A stretch of 64,000 bases of DNA from Anaeroplasmataceae bacterium (GCA_016294165.1 JAEDCM010000003.1:15703-79702); one strand, 5' to 3'; shown: positions 19,126 through 29,650, counted from the first letter of the stretch. Program-made: numbers and translations. The notes: a model not told the origin generated them from the sequence alone.

Positions 19126-19821
19126 ATGAAAGTAACATTAAAAGAAAAAGCGCAAGCAAATTTATGGAAATTAAGAAAGGCAAATGAATCAAATTTCACC
19201 GAATATTACATTTTAGAGGCAGATAATAATGTAATTGATGAGGGAACAGAGCTAAATGAGGAATTTTATGAAAAGATTAATTATAATGATGAAGCGATTA
19301 TGGGTTTAACCATCAATAATGAGGTAACAGCTTTACCAAATGCAAAAGCCTTACAAGCTCAAATTGTATTATTACCAAATGGAGAAATCTGGGTAGTACC
19401 ACCACAAAATAAAGGAGTTAAATACAAACTAGAAGAAAGAGAAGTTTTATTTGAGGGTAATAGAACCTTAACCACAAATACAACACTAACATGTAGTAAG
19501 TCATTATATGGAAGTGGATTTAAAAGTATGATGATTGAGGTTTATAAAGATAATACAACATACGAAGATTGTACAGATTATATCTATGAAGGAAACACAA
19601 GACATTATGTTGAGATCATTGATGAAACGATAAATGATGGAGATTCATTTTATAATGAGTTTAGTTTTATCACAAAAATTGATAATGAATCAATTGAATG
19701 GATTAGCGGAAATGTAAATGGTAATAATGTAGTGCTTAGGGCGTATAAGAGAATTTTTTCAACAAATACAGTTGTTAGTGTATCAAATGGTTTCCATATA
19801 AGAATTACGGGGGTTAAATAA
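19126..19821 (+). CDS. Hypothetical protein, first gene of the Rhs toxin operon
   Basis: 231 aa, no signal peptide or TM; stop overlaps the start of the next gene (TAATG). Confidence 0.5.
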   Translation: MKVTLKEKAQANLWKLRKANESNFTEYYILEADNNVIDEGTELNEEFYEKINYNDEAIMGLTINNEVTALPNAKALQAQIVLLPNGEIWVVPPQNKGVKYKLEEREVLFEGNRTLTTNTTLTCSKSLYGSGFKSMMIEVYKDNTTYEDCTDYIYEGNTRHYVEIIDETINDGDSFYNEFSFITKIDNESIEWISGNVNGNNVVLRAYKRIFSTNTVVSVSNGFHIRITGVK

Positions 19822-20078
19822 TGGAATACATTGAGCTGTTGTCAATAATTTTTATAATACTAGGAATAATATTAGGATTATTTAAAAAAAGAAAATCATT
19901 GGCGTTAGTAAAAGTATCTAAAAAAATGCTAGAACTAATAGATGAAGTAAAGGATACAGAAAAAAGTAAAAAAGAAAAAGAGGAATATGTTCTAACTAGT
20001 CTAATAGAATATACGCTTGAGGAAAGTATCACATATATAGAAGAAGAGGGAAAAGAAAATGAAGAGAAAGATGTTTAA
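19821..20078 (+). CDS. Small single-pass membrane protein with acidic C-terminus (possible holin-like/release or accessory factor)
   Basis: 85 aa; IELLSIIFIILGIILGLF TM helix then KKRK and a Glu/Lys-rich tail; coupled on both sides. Confidence 0.4.
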   Translation: MEYIELLSIIFIILGIILGLFKKRKSLALVKVSKKMLELIDEVKDTEKSKKEKEEYVLTSLIEYTLEESITYIEEEGKENEEKDV

Positions 20079-23000
20079 AATTGATGATAATTTAAATGTA
20101 GAGTTATCAAAAGGTTTATTAAATCTAAAGCTTAATGATATCAGCACAGCTGGTATCATTCCTTTAGAAATAGCCCATGTTTATAATAAAAATGTTAATA
20201 GAGGATATGGGTATAATTTTAATATGAGCACCGATATTACAATTAAAGATAATGAAATAACGTATCCTGATGGTCATAAAGAAGAGATTAAAGAGAGCAT
20301 TTACTATATCAAAGAAGGGAAAAGGACATATGAAAAAGAAGATGGAAGCAAACTTACAAAAGAAGATTTAACAGAGGTAAGTAATGGATATAAATATTTA
20401 GATTATGATGCTTATATAGAATTTAAAACAGATGAAGGATATATATTAAGCCAGTCAACTCATGAGAAATTTGAGGAAAGAAATGAAGAATATGTGGCAC
20501 AGGAATTAAGGTGTAGTGAGTTAAGACAAGCATTAGAGGAACTTAAATATAATCGTGTAGAGATGACAAAATATTTAGATTTAGAAGTTCCAGAAGGATA
20601 TACTTCATATGAATCAGTTGGAGAAGAATTATATAATGCAAGAGATGATTATTACAATTTTACAAATAAGGAAAAGGTAGAAAATACTTATGGACTAACT
20701 AATGATAAAGAAGCGTCTTTTCCAAGCAACTTTAATATTGATAGTATAACGTTTGAAAACACTGATGAATCTGTGCAATACTTGCCAAAAAATCCTATTA
20801 GTAAGCGATTATTTGAATTAAATCATATATCGAGTTATGGGTTTCCTAACATTCCGCTTAAATTTAATTCTTTTGAAGATTATCAAAAAGAAATGTATGG
20901 TTTAAATGATTTATATAACTATTATTTAGGAGAGATTGAAAGTAGAATTGGTGAAAGTAATCAAATGATTGATAAGGTTTCACATGATAATTTAACTGAA
21001 TATTATAATAAGATAATTGATGAGATTAATTATAAAATATCTTATTATGAGAAGGAATTAAATAAACAAGAAGAAATTTTTCAAGAGATGCAAAAAACAT
21101 TTCCTCAAAAATATTTATACAAGGATGGAAGTATTGTATATGGGTTTAATGTTTTTGGACAGTTGGCGGTTATTTTTGATAAATATGGAAATCAAGTATT
21201 GATTAAATATGATAAAAAAAATAATATTGATGAGATTATTGAAAAGAATAACACAATTAGATTTATATATAAGAACTCTTTACTTTCAAGTATTAAGGAT
21301 GATCACTTAAATGAGATTACATATGAATATGATACTAATGGAAAATTATTAACAATCACAAAAAAGGGAATAAAATCCCAATTGAGCTATAGTAATGAAA
21401 AATTAACTGGAATTGTTCATAATAAAAGAAGGTATAGTATTGGATATAATGGGAATGGAATGGTTTCTAATATTACAAATTTAAGAACAAGTAATGATAG
21501 TTTATCATTTAGTTATGAGCTTACTGAAACAGATAATATTTCAAGTGTAAAAGTAATTAGAAATAAAACAAATGATGAATATATTTATCTATTTAATACT
21601 AAAGAGTGTTATTGTGAATATCAATTAAGAAATAATAGGATGCATAATTTAATTACCCATGAGAATAAAGATAATAAATATGAGCTAGAGGTAAAGGCAA
21701 ATAAGGATTCAAATATTATTTATAGCGGAGTTAATCTAAGTGGAAATGTTAATGTTTGGAATTTAAAGAGAAGAGATTATGTATTAATATGTGATATTAC
21801 AATGGAAAGTGCAGCGATAATTAATAATCAAATTAAGACAAGTATGTTTGAATATATTGAAAATGATTCTAATAAGAGCTTATTTACTGTTGTGGTTGAA
21901 TTGAAATATGATAATGAGACAATTACTTATAAGAATTCATTTGAAAGTGGTATTGGAAGAAAACAGGTAATCATTCCAATTTCTTTAAAAGAAAATTATT
22001 TGAAGGAAGTAGTTATTCCAAATGAATTTGTAATTAGCAGAAATATTCATAGAATAGGATCTTATAAAGTAAATAGTGTTAAGCTTTTTGAATCAAACTA
22101 TAGCTATAAAGAATATGATGAACATAAAAATGTAATTTATGTTTATAATAGTGAAGAAAAGCTACCAATGCTTGAAGGTAACGATTATGCATATATTAGT
22201 AGTGATATTAATTATACATATGATGATTATAATAGATTATTAAAGGAAGAAAAAATAATTCATTATAAATATTTAGAAAGAAAAGAGGATAAAAGTGAGG
22301 TTAGAGAATACTTTTATAATAGTTTAGGAAGGTTAGCTAGAAAAGAGTATAAGGATATAGTTACTAAATATACATATGATGAATATGGACAAGTTATTAA
22401 AGAAGAGATGTATCATTTTAGTAATCCAGTAAATAAGTATTGTAAGGAATATGTTTATAATGAATCAGGATTATTAATTAAAGAAATCATTGATGGTAAT
22501 GAAAATAATATAAGCTATAATAAGGATAGTAATCTTATAGAAAAAGATGATGATTATGTTTATGGATATGATAAATATAAAAATCTAATTGGAATTACAA
22601 GTTCAAAAAACAGTAATAATTATAACTTACAAGAGATAAAAAATGGCCTTATCATGAGCAAATCTAGTCCAACAAATAAATATAATTATACATATGATAG
22701 TATGGATAGATTAATTAAGGTTGAAGGAGAAAATGTATTAATTGAATATCAATATCATGATGAAGAGTTTAAAGAAATTATTAATTGTAATTCTTTAAAA
22801 ATCATTAATATTAAAGACAAATATGATAAGTTATTAAGCACTGAATATTTAAAGGATGATATAAGAATTGGATTTGTTAATTATACATATGAAGATGATT
22901 TATTATTAAGTGTGTATGAAGAAAATAATGATTATGAAAATCAAACTTCTTATGAATATTTTGATAAAAAATTAAAAAGATTATCAAAAAATGATTATCA

Positions 23001-24744
23001 AATCACTTACAAAAATGATTATTATGATAATATAGTTGAAATTAATTATGAATTTGAAGATGATTCATTGAGTTATGAATATGAATATGAAGAGGAATTA
23101 TTAAAAAGAATTAGTGTCTTAGATTTTAATAATGAAATAGCATATGATGATTTAAAAAGAATCAAAAAGGAAACACTTAATAATATCACAAAGGAATATT
23201 ATTATGAATCAACTTTAGGAAATGTCACAAATAGGATCATTGGAATCAAGGAAGTAATTAATAATAGTGTTTCATATAAAAAATATAAGTATGATGATTT
23301 AGGAAATATTATTGAGATTAATGATGGGAATAAAGTAAGCTATGTATATGATAGTCTAGGACAATTAATAAGAGAAAACAATAAGAATCTAAATAAGACG
23401 GTTATTTATGAATATGATAATAATGGTAATATAATATTAGAATATAAATATGATTATACATTAGATGATAATCTTGAAAATGAAGAGATAAAGACGTATA
23501 ATTATGATAAAGATAAGCTTATTAAATGTAATGATTTAGAGTTTATTTATGATGATTTAGGAAATATTATTAGTTATGATAATAATAGTTTAGAATATGA
23601 AAATAATCATTTAAGTAGATTTAATAATATAAGCTTTAAATATGATTTAAGTGGAAATAGGATCAAAAAGATTATTGGGAATAAGGAACATAGATATGTA
23701 TTAGAAGATGATAAGATTCTAAAAGAAATTATTAGAACTTATACAAATTTTAATGGACAAGCATATTCTAAAGATGAAATATTATATTTATATGGTCATA
23801 ATGGAATAATTGGATTTAAATATAATGAAGAAGAGTATCATTATAATAGAAATATCCTTGGAGATATTACTGAGATTTACAAGGGAAATGAATTAGTAGG
23901 AAAGTATGAATATGATGCATGGGGAAAACATAGTGTAGTATTAGATATAAATGGAATAGCAAGTATTAATCCATTTAGATATCGAGGATATTATTATGAT
24001 GAAGAGAGTGGACTTTATTGGTTACTTTCACGTTACTATGATCCTAGTATTGGTAGATTCATAAGTCCAGATAGTGTGAATTATTTAGATTCTCAAAATA
24101 TCAATGGATTGAATTTATATTCTTACTGTGGAAACGATCCAATAAATCGATTCGATCCAACAGGTCATTCTTGGGAATCGTTCTGGAATGGTGTTGGAGA
24201 TTGGTTTAGCTATCATTTGAAGGAAGTTGTGATTGGAACAGCATTTATTGTCGGTGGAGCATTGGTGACAGCTTTTACAGCAGGAGCTGGAGTAGGATTT
24301 ATGGCCGCATTTGGAAGTGCTTTGTTGTCATCCACAATTCAAGTTGGAATAAGTGTTGGTACAAGTGTTTTAGTCGGAGGTCTCGTATCTGTAGCAAATG
24401 GAGGCGGTTTCTTTGACAATGTCGGTGATAATATAGCCAGTGCATATATGTGGGGTGGTATTTTCTCTGGTGGTGCGCAAATTCTTGGTGGTGGTTTTAG
24501 AATTGCTGCTAATAAAGGAGTAACTACAGGTAGAGCAGGCGGAATCAAACTTGGTAATTCCGGTGTGAAAATATTGTCTCCAGATAAAAATAATTGGGCC
24601 AAAGCAGGCGGAACATTAATTAAATTCGGTAATGGCTTTAGAATCGATACAGGTGCTATGTGGGGATTGCATATGCACATACTAAGTTCTGGACATCTTC
24701 CAATTGGTGCTGTTATTGCAGGATTTATTGGAACAGAGTATTAA
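20059..24744 (+). CDS. Rhs/YD-repeat polymorphic toxin with C-terminal glycine-zipper hydrophobic toxin domain
   Basis: Many YD-repeat units (YxYDxxGNxI pattern throughout). Rhs shell start motif at residue about 20 (LNLKLNDISTAGIIPLEIAHVYN...GYGYNF). Conserved Rhs core end RYYDPSIGRFISPDS and DPxG motif (NRFDPTGH) at 24154..24165. A 192-aa Gly-rich hydrophobic CT follows (24166..24741). Confidence 0.85.
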   Translation: MKRKMFKIDDNLNVELSKGLLNLKLNDISTAGIIPLEIAHVYNKNVNRGYGYNFNMSTDITIKDNEITYPDGHKEEIKESIYYIKEGKRTYEKEDGSKLTKEDLTEVSNGYKYLDYDAYIEFKTDEGYILSQSTHEKFEERNEEYVAQELRCSELRQALEELKYNRVEMTKYLDLEVPEGYTSYESVGEELYNARDDYYNFTNKEKVENTYGLTNDKEASFPSNFNIDSITFENTDESVQYLPKNPISKRLFELNHISSYGFPNIPLKFNSFEDYQKEMYGLNDLYNYYLGEIESRIGESNQMIDKVSHDNLTEYYNKIIDEINYKISYYEKELNKQEEIFQEMQKTFPQKYLYKDGSIVYGFNVFGQLAVIFDKYGNQVLIKYDKKNNIDEIIEKNNTIRFIYKNSLLSSIKDDHLNEITYEYDTNGKLLTITKKGIKSQLSYSNEKLTGIVHNKRRYSIGYNGNGMVSNITNLRTSNDSLSFSYELTETDNISSVKVIRNKTNDEYIYLFNTKECYCEYQLRNNRMHNLITHENKDNKYELEVKANKDSNIIYSGVNLSGNVNVWNLKRRDYVLICDITMESAAIINNQIKTSMFEYIENDSNKSLFTVVVELKYDNETITYKNSFESGIGRKQVIIPISLKENYLKEVVIPNEFVISRNIHRIGSYKVNSVKLFESNYSYKEYDEHKNVIYVYNSEEKLPMLEGNDYAYISSDINYTYDDYNRLLKEEKIIHYKYLERKEDKSEVREYFYNSLGRLARKEYKDIVTKYTYDEYGQVIKEEMYHFSNPVNKYCKEYVYNESGLLIKEIIDGNENNISYNKDSNLIEKDDDYVYGYDKYKNLIGITSSKNSNNYNLQEIKNGLIMSKSSPTNKYNYTYDSMDRLIKVEGENVLIEYQYHDEEFKEIINCNSLKIINIKDKYDKLLSTEYLKDDIRIGFVNYTYEDDLLLSVYEENNDYENQTSYEYFDKKLKRLSKNDYQITYKNDYYDNIVEINYEFEDDSLSYEYEYEEELLKRISVLDFNNEIAYDDLKRIKKETLNNITKEYYYESTLGNVTNRIIGIKEVINNSVSYKKYKYDDLGNIIEINDGNKVSYVYDSLGQLIRENNKNLNKTVIYEYDNNGNIILEYKYDYTLDDNLENEEIKTYNYDKDKLIKCNDLEFIYDDLGNIISYDNNSLEYENNHLSRFNNISFKYDLSGNRIKKIIGNKEHRYVLEDDKILKEIIRTYTNFNGQAYSKDEILYLYGHNGIIGFKYNEEEYHYNRNILGDITEIYKGNELVGKYEYDAWGKHSVVLDINGIASINPFRYRGYYYDEESGLYWLLSRYYDPSIGRFISPDSVNYLDSQNINGLNLYSYCGNDPINRFDPTGHSWESFWNGVGDWFSYHLKEVVIGTAFIVGGALVTAFTAGAGVGFMAAFGSALLSSTIQVGISVGTSVLVGGLVSVANGGGFFDNVGDNIASAYMWGGIFSGGAQILGGGFRIAANKGVTTGRAGGIKLGNSGVKILSPDKNNWAKAGGTLIKFGNGFRIDTGAMWGLHMHILSSGHLPIGAVIAGFIGTEY

Positions 24745-24761
24745 TTCAGGAGGGAATATAA

Positions 24762-25169
24762 ATGGAAAAACAAATTATGATAAAACACTCATATAGTGAT
24801 AGAACTTTAAAAATTAAAAATACTATTAGCTATTTAGAACTATTTGTTGATTCATTGAGTGATAAAATTGTTATTAACTGTTGCTTGAATGTAAATCAAT
24901 CTAAAATTATTGATGAAATAATGCGTTTGAAGCATTCGGGTATTGTTGATAGCTTTAATTTAGAAATAGACAAAAAACATTATAACTTTAATATTACTAC
25001 TAGTATGGATAATGTTATACACATTCTTAGTCTTATAGAAAATTATGAACTAAATGTTATGATTTATTGTAATGGTATAAAAATGTTTATTAATGATAAT
25101 GACGGTGATTTTATCATAATTAATTCAAACCATGGAAAATATAGTATGATTAAAAACAAAAATAATTAA
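24762..25169 (+). CDS. Putative cognate immunity protein (hypothetical, soluble)
   Basis: 135-aa ORF with GGAGG RBS 17 nt after the toxin stop; role inferred from position only. Confidence 0.35.
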   Translation: MEKQIMIKHSYSDRTLKIKNTISYLELFVDSLSDKIVINCCLNVNQSKIIDEIMRLKHSGIVDSFNLEIDKKHYNFNITTSMDNVIHILSLIENYELNVMIYCNGIKMFINDNDGDFIIINSNHGKYSMIKNKNN

Positions 25170-25203
25170 CACAAATTTGCAAATTACTTTCACAAGCAAA
25201 ACT

Positions 25204-25242
25204 AGGTGAGTTTACCTTTGGGTAAGCTTACCTTTTCTTTTT
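25204..25242 (+). terminator. Intrinsic terminator closing the toxin/immunity operon
   Basis: 12-nt perfect palindrome ggtaagcttacc (plus the overlapping aggtgag/cttacct pairing) followed by ttttcttttt. Confidence 0.6.
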
Positions 25243-25482
25243 ATAAAATGAGATTTAAATGATAACATATATATATATTAATTTACATGTTTTTTGAGGA
25301 AATTATGATATAACTTTAGTACAATTATTTGAAAAAAATAGAAAGTAGTGGTGAAGATAATTTGGGATTTAAAAGTTATTGTTGAAACATTGGGACAACA
25401 AGTTTTAGAGTTGATCAATTAAACTATAAAAATGAGTGTTAATTAAGATATTTAAATGAATATGCTATCAAAACTTAAATAT

Positions 25483-25512
25483 TTGACTAGAGAAGAATTC
25501 ACTTAGTATTAT
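25483..25512 (+). promoter_or_regulatory. Sigma-A-type promoter of the pheST leader
   Basis: TTGACT - 18 nt - TATTAT. Confidence 0.6.
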
Positions 25513-25518
25513 TTATCT

Positions 25519-25850
25519 AATCATTGAAATTAAGATAAAGTATATCCATTGAATTACCTGAAAAAGTAAAAGTTAGTTAGCTAATTAAAAAAATTTCTTG
25601 ATTATGATTTATAAAAGGAATATAATATCAAATAGAGATTGTGAAAAAGAAGTAGTAACTACAAGATGCAAGGCTTTAGAGAGAACCTGTCACCGGCTGA
25701 AAGCAGGTTTAGATACGCTAGTAGTGAATTCACCTTTGGAGTCTAATCGTATTCCTGCGTTAAAGGATTTGAGGGCTAGATTTATTCTAGAACTAAGGTG
25801 GTACCGCGTATTTTACGTCCTTAGATTTATTCTAAGGATTTTTTTTATTA
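25519..25850 (+). promoter_or_regulatory. T-box riboswitch leader (tRNA-Phe-responsive) of pheST
   Basis: AGAGA box (tagagagaacc), conserved T-box sequence aactaaggtggtaccgcg at 25791..25808, followed by terminator hairpin ccttaga/tctaagg plus a T8 run at about 25817..25845. Confidence 0.8.
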
Positions 25851-25863
25851 AGGAGGAGATAAC

Positions 25864-26895
25864 ATGGACAATTTAGAAGCTTTAAAGGAAACGGCCATTG
25901 GCGAAATTAATGGTTCAGCGGATTTAAAGGAATTAAATGATTTAAGAGTTAAATATCTTGGGAAAAAAGGTTTAGTCCAAGAATTTATGAGTCAAATGCG
26001 TAATCTTACACCTGAGGAAAGACCAGCATTTGGCGCAAAGGTTAACAGTATCAAACAAAGCTTAGAAGAAGCCATCAAGGATAGAGTTGTTGTATTAGAG
26101 GAAAAAGCTGTAAGTGAAGCGTTAAAAAAAGAAGAAATTGATGTTACATTACCTGGTTATGAATTCAATTTAGGAACTGTTCATCCTTTGATGCAAACAA
26201 TTGAAGAAATTGAAGATTTATTTATTGGAATGGGTTATGAAGTTGCGGAAGGCCCAGAGGTTGAAATGGATCATTATAATTTTGAATTATTAAATCTTCC
26301 AAAGGATCATCCAGCTCGAGATATGCAAGATACATTCTATATTGATCCTACTACTTTACTTAGAACTCATACTTCACCAGTTCAAGCTCGTACAATGCTT
26401 GCGAAGGGTGGAAAACCAATTAAAATCATTTGTCCAGGTAAGGTTTACCGTCGTGATGATGATGATGCAACTCACAGTCATCAATTTATGCAAGTTGAAG
26501 GTCTTGTTTTAGGAAAGAATATTTCACTTGGTGATTTAAAAGGAACATTACTTGCGGTAGCGAAAAAAATCTTTGGTGATGAAAGAGAGATTAGATTGCG
26601 CCCATCATACTTCCCATTTACTGAACCATCAGTAGAGGTTGATGTTACATGCTTCAAATGTGGCGGAAAGGGATGCTCTATGTGTAAAGGTTCTGGATGG
26701 ATTGAGGTTTTAGGTGCTGGTATGGTTAATAATAACGTATTAACAATGTGCGGATATGATCCAAATGAAATCCAAGGATTTGCTTTTGGTATTGGAGTAG
26801 AAAGATTTACAATGCTTAAATATGGAATTGATGATATTAGAAATTTCTATTTATCAGATATTCGTTTCTTAAAACAATTTAAGGTGGTGAAATAA
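25864..26895 (+). CDS. pheS: Phenylalanine--tRNA ligase alpha subunit
   Basis: 343 aa with class II aaRS motifs ([16 protein letters not shown]). Confidence 0.95.
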   Translation: MDNLEALKETAIGEINGSADLKELNDLRVKYLGKKGLVQEFMSQMRNLTPEERPAFGAKVNSIKQSLEEAIKDRVVVLEEKAVSEALKKEEIDVTLPGYEFNLGTVHPLMQTIEEIEDLFIGMGYEVAEGPEVEMDHYNFELLNLPKDHPARDMQDTFYIDPTTLLRTHTSPVQARTMLAKGGKPIKIICPGKVYRRDDDDATHSHQFMQVEGLVLGKNISLGDLKGTLLAVAKKIFGDEREIRLRPSYFPFTEPSVEVDVTCFKCGGKGCSMCKGSGWIEVLGAGMVNNNVLTMCGYDPNEIQGFAFGIGVERFTMLKYGIDDIRNFYLSDIRFLKQFKVVK

Positions 26896-29252
26896 TGAGA
26901 GCGAGCTTAAATTTTATTAAAGATTTTGTGGATGCTAATATGAGCATCGAGGAATTAGAAAGATTGATTTCCTTACATGTAATTGAAGTAGAAGGCATTT
27001 CTAAATTAGTTGAAGCTTCAAATTTAACTATTGGTGAGGTTCTTGAATGTGAAATGTATCCCGATAGTGACCATCTTCATGTGTGTAAGGTTGATGTTGG
27101 TAATGAAGAATTACAAATCGTTTGTGGTGCACCGAACTGTACTAAAGGAATTAAGGTAATCGTAGCTTTAGTTGGCGCTGTTTTACCTGGTGATTTTAAA
27201 ATTAAAAAATCAAAGGTTCGTGGAATTGAATCATGTGGAATGCTATGCTCACTACAAGAATTAGGTATTCCAGAATCATTTGTGCCTGAAGAGTTTAAAA
27301 ATGGAATCTTTATTTTTGATGAAAACGCGCAAGTAGGGGAAAATCCTTTAGCTTATTTAGGTTTAGATGACACAATTATTGAGTTAGGTTTAACGCCAAA
27401 TAGAGGTGACTTATTAAGCCATTTAGGAATTGCATATGACATCGCTGCTGCATCTAAAAAGCCTGTTACTTATCTAGCTCCTATTATGAAAAATAATAAG
27501 GAAAGTAGTTTAAGTGTTAAATTAGAAACTAGTGATTGTTATGCATATTATGCAAGAAAAATCAATAATGTTAAAATTGCTGAATCACCATGGTGGTTAA
27601 AGTCAAGATTAATGGCATGTGGTGTAAGACCAATTAATAATGTGGTGGATATCACAAACTATGTCATGCTTGAGTTAGGTCAACCACTACATGCATTTGA
27701 TGCCGATGTTATTGGAAATAATATTGTTGTTAGAAATGCTTATGATAATGAAGAAATGAACACATTAGATGAGATGAAGCGTGTACTAAATTCTGGTGAT
27801 ATTGTGATTACTGATGGAACTAAACCAATGGCTTTAGGAGGAGTAATGGGTGGATTGGAATCTTCTGTTACAGATAAAACAGTAAATATTGTTTTAGAAT
27901 CAGCAATATTTAATCCACAAGCAATTAGAAAAACATCAACAAGATTAGCATTAAGAAGTGAATCATCAATGCGTTATGAAAGAAAGGTTGATCCAAATCG
28001 TGTAATGCTTGCGCTTGATCGTGCATCACAATTGTTTAATGAATTAGCAGGGGCTCTAGTTGATGAAAACTATACATGCGTTGATAATACCGATAAGAAT
28101 GATAAGATTATTTATGTTAATGTTGAAAGATTAAATAATTATCTAGGAACTAAATTGTCTAATGAAGAGGTTATTTCTATTTTTGAAGATTTATGCTTTG
28201 AAGCTTGCTTAGAAAATAATGAAATTAAGGTAATGGTTCCTACAAGAAGAGTAGATATCAACAATTATCAAGATTTAACTGAAGAGATCGCAAGAATGTA
28301 TGGGTTTGAAAACATTGAATCAACTCTTCCAGTTACTGATTCAAAGGGCGCCTTAACTGAAACACAAAAGAAGGTTCGTTCATTAAGACATGCTTTAGCT
28401 AATTTAGGTTTCAATGAAACAGTGAATTATTCATTGATTGCTAAAAAGGATGTAGATAAATTTAGAGAGGTTGAAAGCTCTATTTCATTGTTAATGCCAA
28501 TGACTGAAGAAAGAGAAACTCTAAGATTATCATTGATTAATAGTATGGTTGAGGCTTTCAAATACAATAAAGCTCGTCAAAATTCCAATTTAGCTCTATT
28601 TGAAATTGGCCGAATTTATAATGAAAATGAAGATTTAGTATTATCATGCGGATTAATGGGATTGTATGAATCATCATTATGGCAAGGTAAGAAGGTTTTA
28701 GCTGATTTCTATTTATTAAAAGGAATTTTAGATCATACATTAGATCTATTAGGATATAAAGCAACTTATAAAAAAGCTGTTAATAGAGGATTACATGATG
28801 GTCAAACAGCTGAAGTATATGTTAATAACACAAAAATTGGAGTTATCGGAGCATTACATCCAAATGTTTTAAAGGAAAATGATTTAGATAAAGCTTATGC
28901 TTTTGAACTTAACTTAACTACTTTATTTAATTGTAAGCCGGAAGAATTCAAATATATGTCAACTCCAAAATATCCAGCTATTACTAGAGATTTAGCAATT
29001 CTAATTAATAAAGATGTTGCGGCTCAAGATATTTTAGCTTTAGTTAAGCAAACAGGAAAAAAGACATTAGTTGATTTAAAAGTATTTGATGTTTATGAAG
29101 GAGATAAAATTGATTCTAGTTTAAAATCAATTGCTATTTCATTAACATTTAGAGACAACGAAAAAACATTATTGAGTGAAGATGTTGATAAATTAGTTGG
29201 TAGTATTTTAAAAAGATTAGAATTTATTTATCAAGCTAAATTAAGATCATAA
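26895..29252 (+). CDS. pheT: Phenylalanine--tRNA ligase beta subunit
   Basis: 785 aa, N-terminal tRNA-binding domain, B3/B4 and C-terminal FDX-ACB domain; overlapping start with the pheS stop. Confidence 0.95.
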   Translation: MRASLNFIKDFVDANMSIEELERLISLHVIEVEGISKLVEASNLTIGEVLECEMYPDSDHLHVCKVDVGNEELQIVCGAPNCTKGIKVIVALVGAVLPGDFKIKKSKVRGIESCGMLCSLQELGIPESFVPEEFKNGIFIFDENAQVGENPLAYLGLDDTIIELGLTPNRGDLLSHLGIAYDIAAASKKPVTYLAPIMKNNKESSLSVKLETSDCYAYYARKINNVKIAESPWWLKSRLMACGVRPINNVVDITNYVMLELGQPLHAFDADVIGNNIVVRNAYDNEEMNTLDEMKRVLNSGDIVITDGTKPMALGGVMGGLESSVTDKTVNIVLESAIFNPQAIRKTSTRLALRSESSMRYERKVDPNRVMLALDRASQLFNELAGALVDENYTCVDNTDKNDKIIYVNVERLNNYLGTKLSNEEVISIFEDLCFEACLENNEIKVMVPTRRVDINNYQDLTEEIARMYGFENIESTLPVTDSKGALTETQKKVRSLRHALANLGFNETVNYSLIAKKDVDKFREVESSISLLMPMTEERETLRLSLINSMVEAFKYNKARQNSNLALFEIGRIYNENEDLVLSCGLMGLYESSLWQGKKVLADFYLLKGILDHTLDLLGYKATYKKAVNRGLHDGQTAEVYVNNTKIGVIGALHPNVLKENDLDKAYAFELNLTTLFNCKPEEFKYMSTPKYPAITRDLAILINKDVAAQDILALVKQTGKKTLVDLKVFDVYEGDKIDSSLKSIAISLTFRDNEKTLLSEDVDKLVGSILKRLEFIYQAKLRS

Positions 29253-29326
29253 AAAAGGACAAAAGAATAAATTGTCCGTGTACAAAAAACAAGTGGTATA
29301 TTTTTGTGCTTTATTTTAATAAAGTG

Positions 29327-29355
29327 TTGACTTTAAAGAGCCAATTATATATAAT
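29327..29355 (+). promoter_or_regulatory. Sigma-A-type promoter of the ilv-leu leader
   Basis: TTGACT - 17 nt - TATAAT. Confidence 0.65.
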
Positions 29356-29361
29356 ATAAAA

Positions 29362-29630
29362 AAATAGCAAAGGTTATGATTGGGACGAGTAATTTAGTGT
29401 ATTCCTTTGTAGAGAGCTATCATTTGGTGAAAGATAGTAAGGAGCTTAAATGAATATCACCCATAAACTGTCTTCTGAAATTATAGTAGGAAAGAACGGC
29501 TGATGTCCGTTATGTCATCTAGTATCTATTTTATAGATATCAACAAGGTGGTTATCGAGAGATAACAATTAGAGTGGTACCGCAGAACAGTATGGTTTTG
29601 TCTCTTTGAGATGAAACCATTTTTTTATAG
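29362..29630 (+). promoter_or_regulatory. T-box riboswitch leader of the ilv-leu operon
   Basis: AGAGA box (gtagagagc), T-box sequence aattagagtggtaccgcag at 29568..29586, terminator atggtttt/aaaccat plus a T7 run at 29592..29627. Confidence 0.75.
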
Positions 29631-29650
29631 CGAAGAAAAGAGGTTATAAG

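Noticed and set aside
24339-24680. 113-aa Pro-rich ORF antisense to the Rhs C-terminal domain
   Set aside because: Artefact of reading Gly codons (GGN) of the glycine-zipper toxin domain on the opposite strand (gives CCN = Pro). No start context. Fully embedded in a well-supported gene.
25598-25876. 92-aa ORF on the + strand upstream of pheS
   Set aside because: It lies entirely within the pheST T-box leader RNA (AGAGA box, T-box sequence and terminator all inside it). No RBS, and the peptide is low-complexity. Almost certainly non-coding.
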